Source: a bacterium
GTDB taxonomy: Bacteria > UBP7 > UBA6624 > JBBIMK01
NCBI GenBank assembly: GCA_037444445.1
Contig: JBBIMK010000043.1
Coordinates: forward strand, 1 to 11,638
Direction: 5' to 3'
DNA length: 11,638 nucleotides
Positions 5,289 to 11,638 of this stretch are shown in pieces. The position numbers were made by a program, and so were the translations under genes. The first letter of the stretch is position 1. The number at the start of each line of letters is the position of its first letter. Under the pieces are notes generated by a model. It searched no databases. It saw only the letters and a program-made list of their open reading frames with translations, and was not told the origin of the DNA.

Positions 5289-6520
5289 AACAGAAGGTTT
5301 ATTTTCTGGCATTGCTCGTGTTGTCCGTATGGGTAGAGGGAGGTTGTCGGCGACCCACATCAACCGCAAATGCCGTCTTAGAACGGGCAGGCTCTCCCCG
5401 CAAAATTTTACCCGTGCAGGTGGACACGGGGGAGGTTGTCCGCTGGGTTGAAGTCACGGCAGAGATAAAACCGGGAAAACGGGCTGAGCTGGGTGCAAGA
5501 GTCTCCGGCCGTGTGGCACGAATCCTCAAAGATGTGGGAGATTCGTTAAAAAAGGGCGATGTCATTCTGGAACTGGACAGGGAAGAAGCGGAAATCATGC
5601 TGGAGCAGGCGAAAGCAGCATTGGCTCAGGCCGAGGCAAATCTGCAGAAAGCCCTCGCAGGTCCCCGCCCTCAGGAACTCCGTGAAGCGGAAGCCGCCTA
5701 TGAGCAAGCCAAAAACGATTTTGAGCGAGCGGAATCCCTCCTGAAGGAAGGTGCCATCTCTCAGCAAGCGTATGACGCATTGAAATCCGCTTACATCCGA
5801 GCCAGAGAACGCCTGGACCTGCTGAAGGAGGGAACCCGGAAGGAGGACATAGAAGCGGACAGAGCCGCGGTTCAGGTCGCCCAGAGCCAGCTGGAACGCG
5901 CTATATGGATGCTCCGGGAAGCCAGCATCCGGGCACCCTTTGATGGGAAACTCTCCGCCCGTTTCGTGGAAGTGGGTGATTATGTGAATGCCCAAATGAC
6001 TTCCAAAATTCTTCAAGTGGATTCCCTTGACCCACTGAAGATAACCATTCAACTGCCCTTTTCTGATATTCGCCATCTGCAGAAAGGCGTTTCGGGCATT
6101 TTTACCCTGGGGTCAGACCCTTCCCAATCCTATCCCGTAGTGGTAGACCGGTTAGCGCCATCCGCCGATTCCGTAGGTTTGTATCTCGTGGAACTCAACC
6201 TAAAGGAGAGCACCCAGACTCTGCTGAAGCCAGGTGCTACGGGAAAACTACGCCTGCCTGTGGAAAAGGTAACCGCTCTTCGGATTCCCCTGTCCTCCGC
6301 TCTCCAGCGGGAAGGAAAATGGTTCGTGTTCGTGCTGGAAGATAACACCGTCCACCGGACCGAAATTCAGGTGGGACTCAGGGGTGAGAAATACCTTCAG
6401 GTGCTCTCGGGGGTAAGCGAAGGGCAAACCCTGGCAGGCTCCCGGGTGGATCTGCTCCAGGATGGCGAAAAAGTGGAAATCTCCCCTGAGGCGATGAAAA
6501 TGGAAAGTGATTCACAATGA
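5285..6520 (+). CDS. Efflux RND transporter periplasmic adaptor subunit (membrane fusion protein, HlyD family)
   Basis: There is a signal or lipoprotein-like N-terminus (MKQKVYFLALLVLSVWVEGGC). A long Ala/Glu/Leu-rich coiled-coil hairpin is flanked by lipoyl-like motifs (GDVILELD ... IRAPFDGKL) and followed by a C-terminal beta-barrel region. It sits directly upstream of the RND pump with an ATGA overlap (6517-6520). Confidence 0.92.
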   Translation: MKQKVYFLALLVLSVWVEGGCRRPTSTANAVLERAGSPRKILPVQVDTGEVVRWVEVTAEIKPGKRAELGARVSGRVARILKDVGDSLKKGDVILELDREEAEIMLEQAKAALAQAEANLQKALAGPRPQELREAEAAYEQAKNDFERAESLLKEGAISQQAYDALKSAYIRARERLDLLKEGTRKEDIEADRAAVQVAQSQLERAIWMLREASIRAPFDGKLSARFVEVGDYVNAQMTSKILQVDSLDPLKITIQLPFSDIRHLQKGVSGIFTLGSDPSQSYPVVVDRLAPSADSVGLYLVELNLKESTQTLLKPGATGKLRLPVEKVTALRIPLSSALQREGKWFVFVLEDNTVHRTEIQVGLRGEKYLQVLSGVSEGQTLAGSRVDLLQDGEKVEISPEAMKMESDSQ

Positions 6521-9500
6521 AGTTCATAGAAGGATTCGTCAAAAATCCCATATTTTCCCTGATGTTAGCCCTGAGCCTGGTGGTCCTCGGGCTCTTCTCC
6601 AGGGCTCGTCTCGGGCTGGATATGATGCCCGAAGTGGATTTTCCCGTCATCACGGTTTCCACAGCTTACCCCGGGGCTTCTCCGGAGGAAGTGGAGAGCG
6701 CTGTATCGGAGAAGATAGAGGATGCAGTGGGCACGGTCAGTGGAATTCAGCACCTCACCTCCTATTCTTTTGAAAATCTTTCCCTGGTGGTGGCCGAGTT
6801 CGCCCTGGAAGTGAAATCCGATGTCGCCGCGCAGGATGTCCGAGAGCGGGTTTCTGCCATAGCCGGCACCCTCCCCACCGGAGCAAAACTCCCTGAAATT
6901 CTCAAGTTCAATGTCAGCGACTTCCCCGTGCTGGACCTGGCGGTGAAAGCCCCGGGCAGAACCCCTTCCGAGGTCTGGAAAATCGCAGACGACCTCATTA
7001 AACCTCACATAGAATCCGTCAGTGGTGTGGGTCGGGTGCTCCTCCAGGGCGGTAGACAACGAGAATTCCAGATTCTGCTGGACGCCAATCTCCTGGAAGC
7101 CCATTCCATCCCCTTCCCTGCCGTCGTTCAGGCGCTGAAACTGGCTAACCTGGAACTCCCTCTCGGAAAAATAGAAAATCCTTACACGGAACTCTCTTAC
7201 CGGGCTACCGGAAAACTGCAATCCTCAAAGGATGTAGAGGAAGTTGTGGTCACTAACCACCCTACAGGGGGGCAAGTCCGTATCCGGAACCTCGGCAGGA
7301 CTATGGACACATACAAGGATGTGACCCAGGAAGTCCGCCTGAATCTCTCTCCCACCATCCTGCTCTCCGTCATCAAGCGGGCGGATGCCAACATCGTGAA
7401 AGTGTCGGACGGCGTTCAGCATCTCCTTCAGAAAGACCTGGAAAAAGTTCTACCTCCCGATGTGGAAGTGATTGTAGCCAGGGATTCATCCCGCTTCATC
7501 CGCCAGATGATTGCTGACCTGATGGGAAATATCTACACCGGCTCCCTCCTGGCAATCCTTGTGATTCTCCTGTTTTTGAGCAGTTACAGAGGAACGCTCC
7601 TCATTTCCCTCACCATTCCCACTTCTCTGATTGCCACATTCATCCTGATGCAGTTTGCCGGCTTTACCATCAATATTACCACTCTCCTCGCTCTTACCGT
7701 CGTATCCGGAATGGTTGTGGATATGTCCATTGTGGTGCTGGAGAATATCTACCGTCATATTCAGGGCGGGAAAACGCCAATAGCCGCCTCAATAGAAGCC
7801 ACTTCCGAGGTAGCCCTCGCCATCACAGCCTCCACTTTCACCACCCTTGCGGTGTTCGTCCCCATCGGTTATATGAAAGGCATTATGGGGCGGTTCTTTC
7901 ACCAGTTCGGCTTAACCATCTCTTTTGCTATTGCGGTTTCCCTGTTCGTTTCCATTTCCCTGATGCCCGCCCTGGCTCCTCTGCTGTACCGTCGGGAAGA
8001 GCGAATCCGCTACCTCCAGTTCTTCCTTACCTGGTTTTCGTGGGTCAAACAACAGTATGAGGGGAGCCTGCGAGGGGCTCTCGCCCGCCCCTTCGTCGTC
8101 CTCTTTATCACTCTCTTTGCTTTTGCCTCCATCATACCGGGATTTTTCCTCCTGAAAAAATCCTTCTTTCCACAGGTGGATGAAAATGAATTGAATGTGT
8201 ATGTGAAACTGCCCATCGGAACCTCACTGACCCGGACGCTGGAAACGGTTCGCCCTCTGGAGGAAGCCCTCAAAAGCATTCCGGAAGTGCGGTATGTGCT
8301 AACGACGGTAGGGTCCGGGGAGGAAGTGGCGAGCTTCTTCGGACCTGCGCAACGTCTCGGAAGCCACGAAGCCAGCATCACGGTCATTCTGAAAGATAAG
8401 CAGAAAAGGTCAAGAAGTGTGTGGCAAATCGCCCGGCAAATAGAAGCAGAAATTACTCCCAGGATTCGGGACGCAGAGAAAGTATTTGTGTCCGCTTCCA
8501 CTCGCCGCGGTAGTTTGCAATACCCTATCAACATAGATGTTCGGGGTGCAGATGAACCCCGTCTCCGTTCTCTTACTCGTGAAGTTCTGCAGGTGGTCGC
8601 CGCCACCCCCGGTGTCAAAAATGCCAACAGCACCCTCCCGGAGGGAAAACCCGAACTGCGATTTATTCCGGACAGGGATTTACTGGCTAAGCACGGCTTA
8701 AGCCTTACTACCGCCGGTTTGACCCTTCGTGGTATGGTTTACGGCGAGGTCGCTACGACCCTCCGCCTTCAGGGTGAAGATTACGACCTGAGGGTGCGTC
8801 TCCGGGAGCAGGACCGTGATTCACCGGAGCACCTCCAGAAGATGCGGCTGGTGAATGGTTCAAAAGAAGCCATTCCTCTGGAGAATGTGGGGCGGTTTGA
8901 ACTCTCCGGTGGCCCCACCAGCCTCACCCGTAAGGAACGCCTGCCCGCCTACAGCATCTCAGCCGACCTGGAGCCGGGTATCCCCTTCGCCACCGCTCTC
9001 GCTTCCATACAGCAAGAACTGAAAAAACGGGCTATCCCCCCCGAAGGCTTCTATATTGATTTTGTCGGTCAGGCGGAGCGATTCCAGGAAATGGGAGAAA
9101 ACTTCTCTTTCGCCTTCCTCCTCGGAGCCATCCTCGTCTTCATCGTCCTGGCTTCTCAGTTCAATTCTTTCGCCCAGCCGTTTATCATTATGATGGCAAT
9201 CCCGCTGGATGTGGTGGGCGCCATCTGGGCTCTCGTCCTCACCGGCAGAGAGTTTGATGTCGTCTCCTCTATGGCAATCCTGATGCTCTCTGGCGTGGTT
9301 GTGAATCAATCTATCATTATGGTAGACTTCATCAATCACCGAATACGAGAAGGGATGGAGGTGAAGGAAGCCATCGTCACCGGTTGCGGGCTTCGTCTCC
9401 GCCCGATTCTGATGACCCAGCTTACCAGTATCGTGGCGGTCATACCTACCGCCCTTGGCTTGGGCTCCGGCGGCGAATGGCGAGGTCCTATGGGCACCGC

Positions 9501-9612
9501 TTTTATCGGCGGCATGCTCCTCTCCACTTTCCTTACCCTCTTTGTCATTCCCGTTTTCTACCTTTTTTATTACCGCCTGAATGAACGGATAGCAAGGAGG
9601 ATAACCAGATGA
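6517..9612 (+). CDS. RND family efflux transporter permease (AcrB/AcrD/AcrF-like, 12-TM, 1031 aa)
   Basis: The length and two-fold repeat architecture fit the family. Conserved motifs include FPVITVST.YPGASPEEVE, VVDMSIVVLENIYRH (TM4), LRLRPILMTQLTSIVAVIPTAL (TM11) and GGMLLSTFLTLFVIPVFY (TM12). Confidence 0.95.
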   Translation: MKFIEGFVKNPIFSLMLALSLVVLGLFSRARLGLDMMPEVDFPVITVSTAYPGASPEEVESAVSEKIEDAVGTVSGIQHLTSYSFENLSLVVAEFALEVKSDVAAQDVRERVSAIAGTLPTGAKLPEILKFNVSDFPVLDLAVKAPGRTPSEVWKIADDLIKPHIESVSGVGRVLLQGGRQREFQILLDANLLEAHSIPFPAVVQALKLANLELPLGKIENPYTELSYRATGKLQSSKDVEEVVVTNHPTGGQVRIRNLGRTMDTYKDVTQEVRLNLSPTILLSVIKRADANIVKVSDGVQHLLQKDLEKVLPPDVEVIVARDSSRFIRQMIADLMGNIYTGSLLAILVILLFLSSYRGTLLISLTIPTSLIATFILMQFAGFTINITTLLALTVVSGMVVDMSIVVLENIYRHIQGGKTPIAASIEATSEVALAITASTFTTLAVFVPIGYMKGIMGRFFHQFGLTISFAIAVSLFVSISLMPALAPLLYRREERIRYLQFFLTWFSWVKQQYEGSLRGALARPFVVLFITLFAFASIIPGFFLLKKSFFPQVDENELNVYVKLPIGTSLTRTLETVRPLEEALKSIPEVRYVLTTVGSGEEVASFFGPAQRLGSHEASITVILKDKQKRSRSVWQIARQIEAEITPRIRDAEKVFVSASTRRGSLQYPINIDVRGADEPRLRSLTREVLQVVAATPGVKNANSTLPEGKPELRFIPDRDLLAKHGLSLTTAGLTLRGMVYGEVATTLRLQGEDYDLRVRLREQDRDSPEHLQKMRLVNGSKEAIPLENVGRFELSGGPTSLTRKERLPAYSISADLEPGIPFATALASIQQELKKRAIPPEGFYIDFVGQAERFQEMGENFSFAFLLGAILVFIVLASQFNSFAQPFIIMMAIPLDVVGAIWALVLTGREFDVVSSMAILMLSGVVVNQSIIMVDFINHRIREGMEVKEAIVTGCGLRLRPILMTQLTSIVAVIPTALGLGSGGEWRGPMGTAFIGGMLLSTFLTLFVIPVFYLFYYRLNERIARRITR

Positions 9613-11051
9613 ATGCCCTGTGTAACCCATCGGTCCTATCTCTCGTGCTTCAGATGATTTTTTCGGGGCGGGCATTTCCCCCTCGCCTGAAAGCCCGGAA
9701 AAACAGATACGGCTCCTATCCCTTTTTCTTATGCCTGACTTTCCTCTTGTTAGCGTTAGTATCTCCCGAGCCCCCTGAACCTCTAACTCTCTCTCAAGCC
9801 ATTCAGTTGATGCAACAAAACAATCTGGAGTTGAAACAATTAAAGGCTGAAATCCAGCGGATGCGTGCGAAACGCTCTGAAGCCTTCGCCCTGACGGGCC
9901 CTACTGTTCGTTTCACCTCCTCTTATGCGGAAAGCCAGGGCACTTTTGGAGGCTTTTTTGCTGGCGTTTCCTTGCCAGGTGTGGGTGTGGGCTTCTCCCC
10001 TGCCCAGAACCAGCCTCCCACGGAAATCTTAACGGGAACCCAGACCACCAAAAGCCTTACCGGCGTCGCCTCTTACCTCCTCTACTCCGGAGGGAAAATT
10101 GAATCCTTTCGTAAGCAAGCCTTTCTCGGATTCTCCATCGCTCAAGCCAACTACGAGAAACGAAAAAATGAATTGAGCCTGGAAACCTTGAAAGTCTATC
10201 TCACCGTCCTGCAAGCGAAACACTCTCAAGAGGTGGCGGAATCTACCCTGATGAGCCTGGAAGAACTTCTCCGGGTCACTCAGAAGAGGTTTGAGGCAGG
10301 TACCGCCCCGAAAGTGGAGGTCCTCCGCGCAGAAGCGGAAGTCTCCAACGCCCGGGTTCAAGCCATTCAGGCCAAAAATCTTGCCCAAACATCGTATGCT
10401 TCCTTAATGAATCTCTTAAACCTCCCGCAAGAATCCGTATTTGACCTTTCGGAAGTGGAACTCCCGGAGGAGCAAGTGAATATGACTCTAAAAGAAGCCA
10501 AACTGACTGCTCTCCAGAACCGACCGGAGGTTCGCATCGGTGAATGGAGCGTAGCCCAGCGTCAGGCGGGCATCCGGGCTTACAAGGCTGACCGCTATCC
10601 CTCCTTTTCCATCAGCCACACCCGCTCCTGGCTGGAAAGCCCTTTTTTCGCCGATAAAACCTCCTGGAGCGTGGCTTTGCAAGGTACCCTGAATATCTTT
10701 GATACGGGCCTCACCAATGCTCGTATCCATCAGGCGGTGGAAGAATGGCATAAGGCGGAACTGGATTTCCAGCGCCTCAAGGCGGGCATTGAATTAGAAG
10801 TTACCCAGGCATTCCTCAACCTGAATGCCTCAGAGCAAGCCTACGAAGCAGCGGAGAAAGGAGTGGACACGGCGAAGGAGGCTTTGCGCATCGCCCGCTT
10901 GCGATATGAAACCGGCTTCGGAACGCAAGTAGAGGTCCTGGATGCCCAGGCAGCGTATTCCCGCGCCCAGTTTAACTACTACAAGGCGTTGTATGACCTG
11001 CTCATCGCCCGGGCATCATTTTCCAAATCTCTCGCCCGCCCCCTCCCCTGA
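9609..11051 (+). CDS. TolC-family outer membrane efflux protein (OMF)
   Basis: A hydrophobic signal-like segment (FFLCLTFLLLALV) is followed by LTLSQAIQLMQQNNLELKQ and duplicated helical repeats (TAPKVEVLRAEAEV.. / FGTQVEVLDAQAAY..) typical of TolC/OprM. The ATG at 9609 overlaps the RND stop as ATGA. ATG 9654 is an alternative start, since about 30 aa precede the hydrophobic core. Confidence 0.9.
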   Translation: MNALCNPSVLSLVLQMIFSGRAFPPRLKARKNRYGSYPFFLCLTFLLLALVSPEPPEPLTLSQAIQLMQQNNLELKQLKAEIQRMRAKRSEAFALTGPTVRFTSSYAESQGTFGGFFAGVSLPGVGVGFSPAQNQPPTEILTGTQTTKSLTGVASYLLYSGGKIESFRKQAFLGFSIAQANYEKRKNELSLETLKVYLTVLQAKHSQEVAESTLMSLEELLRVTQKRFEAGTAPKVEVLRAEAEVSNARVQAIQAKNLAQTSYASLMNLLNLPQESVFDLSEVELPEEQVNMTLKEAKLTALQNRPEVRIGEWSVAQRQAGIRAYKADRYPSFSISHTRSWLESPFFADKTSWSVALQGTLNIFDTGLTNARIHQAVEEWHKAELDFQRLKAGIELEVTQAFLNLNASEQAYEAAEKGVDTAKEALRIARLRYETGFGTQVEVLDAQAAYSRAQFNYYKALYDLLIARASFSKSLARPLP

Positions 11052-11237
11052 ACCTTTCCTTCCCCCCCCGTCTGGTTCATCCCCCCTGTTCGGTGCATCG
11101 CCACCTTCTGCCGGTAATAGAGGATACTTCATAACAGTGGGTCCACCACCACAAGGCTCCACATCATCCGGGAAATTTCCATAGCCGATGATGTGCCTCA
11201 CTTCGTGAATGTCAGTGAAAAGTTTCCAGGGCGTCAA
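11016..11237 (-). CDS. HExxH zinc-metallopeptidase-like fragment; probable out-of-frame C-terminal continuation of ORF 11234..11563
   Basis: It contains HEVRHIIGYGN (HEVRH = 11193-11207), which fits the metzincin pattern HExxHxxGxx[H/D] except for Asn at the last position. A Met-turn-like TVMKYP lies 21 aa after the second His. The only start is a TTG overlapping the upstream stop (TTGA). The motif sits 10 aa from that start, so a standalone protease is implausible. The 3' end overlaps the tolC-like 3' end by 36 nt and encodes a low-complexity G/E/P tail. Confidence 0.4.
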   Translation of the reverse strand: MTPWKLFTDIHEVRHIIGYGNFPDDVEPCGGGPTVMKYPLLPAEGGDAPNRGDEPDGGGRKGSGEGAGERFGK

Positions 11238-11563
11238 AATCTTCTATGAGTAGGATTGTAGAGGTCGATTTCAATGAATCCATCATCCAGGGCTCCTTTT
11301 ATTTCATTATGGGCGAAGTCACCGAACTGCTCCGCAGGAAGGTCCAATAGGCATTGCTCATACCAACCATCAGGTCTATCTGCCATGGCGTTCACCCGGG
11401 TCCAGTATTTGCGCCAGACGGTGGGGATGTTGGGAGTTTTTGCCCGGGAGGCCCCCTCGGGTCCGTAACAGATGACCTTCCCGGGGTTCGCCGGGTCCCA
11501 CCGCCCTGCGAGGCAGAAGAAGTAGCGATAGTTATTCCCGCCGTATTTCGTCACCCTCATCAT
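11234..11563 (-). CDS. Hypothetical protein (109 aa); probable N-terminal part of a frameshifted HExxH metallopeptidase-like gene
   Basis: The composition looks protein-like and there is no signal peptide. AAGGTGG lies directly upstream of the ATGATG start, and the upstream frame is closed by TAA at 11621-11623. I recognise no family motif in this part. Confidence 0.55.
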   Translation of the reverse strand: MMRVTKYGGNNYRYFFCLAGRWDPANPGKVICYGPEGASRAKTPNIPTVWRKYWTRVNAMADRPDGWYEQCLLDLPAEQFGDFAHNEIKGALDDGFIEIDLYNPTHRRF

Positions 11564-11638
11564 CCCACCTTTATTGTAGCAGGTTTTGAAGGATAAATGG
11601 CGAGCGGCGAGGGGGTTTCTTTATCGTCTACTTGCTAC

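Noticed and set aside
5299-6348. Antisense or alternative-frame ORFs within the adaptor gene: 5299..5598, 5546..6076, 5559..5744, 5595..5780 and 6130..6348.
   Set aside because: They overlap the clear HlyD-family adaptor CDS and show no independent signals or recognisable domains.
6565-9675. Long antisense ORFs inside the RND gene: 6565..7221 (218 aa), 8010..8633 (207 aa), 8959..9675 (238 aa) and several shorter ones.
   Set aside because: They are fully embedded antisense to a strongly recognisable 1031-aa RND permease. Their translations are Arg/Gly/Ser/Pro-rich and low in complexity, with no motifs or start contexts. This is the expected by-product of codon bias.
10942-11184. Plus-strand 80-aa Pro/Ser-rich ORF spanning the OMF 3' end and the polypyrimidine block.
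   Set aside because: The translation is low-complexity and generated by the C/T-rich tract. It overlaps both the OMF CDS and the HExxH ORF.
11234-11243. Programmed -1 ribosomal frameshifting as the explanation for the split HExxH gene.
   Set aside because: The sequence A-GAA-GAT-TTT-GA is not an X-XXY-YYZ slippery heptamer. P-site tRNA-Phe re-pairing in the -1 frame (ATT) is poor, and I saw no obvious downstream stimulatory structure. A mutation or a sequencing error is the simpler explanation.
1-11638. A search for CRISPR repeats, tRNA/rRNA, IS elements or terminal inverted repeats, integrases, and toxin-antitoxin or defence-gene signatures.
   Set aside because: I saw no regularly spaced direct repeats, no cloverleaf-like or rRNA-like segments, and no transposase, integrase, nuclease or ATPase defence motifs in any long ORF.

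Overview
The window holds three transport loci plus two poorly characterised small genes at its edges. I found no rRNA, tRNA, CRISPR array, transposase, integrase or obvious mobile-element boundary. All calls come from reading the six-frame translations and the DNA by eye; no searches were run.

**Minus strand, left to right**
- A small basic zinc-ribbon protein with W-x-x-HP-x-Y repeats (142-426).
- A non-canonical Feo ferrous-iron module (572-3314). feoB comes first, then a 70-aa seven-Cys zinc-ribbon ORF coupled to it by an ATGA overlap. The third gene has a DtxR-type metal-binding/dimerisation region and a FeoA/SH3 domain but no winged-helix DNA-binding domain.
- An MscS-family mechanosensitive channel (3549-4592/4640).

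**Plus strand**
- A four-gene unit diverges from the MscS gene: tetR, then the RND periplasmic adaptor, the RND pump and a TolC-like outer membrane factor (4707-11051).
- All three gene junctions are 4-nt ATGA overlaps.
- A sigma70-like promoter and a palindromic candidate operator lie just upstream of tetR.

**Right edge, minus strand**
- An HExxH (metzincin-like) metallopeptidase-like gene appears split into two ORFs by a frameshift (11016-11563).

**Assessment**
Most of the window is ordinary transport and housekeeping content. The items most worth a second look are the unusual Feo module, especially its Cys-rich microprotein and the HTH-less DtxR/FeoA fusion. The split HExxH gene and the HP-x-Y repeat zinc-ribbon protein come next. 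I see no convincing evidence for a defence system or other multi-gene novel system.
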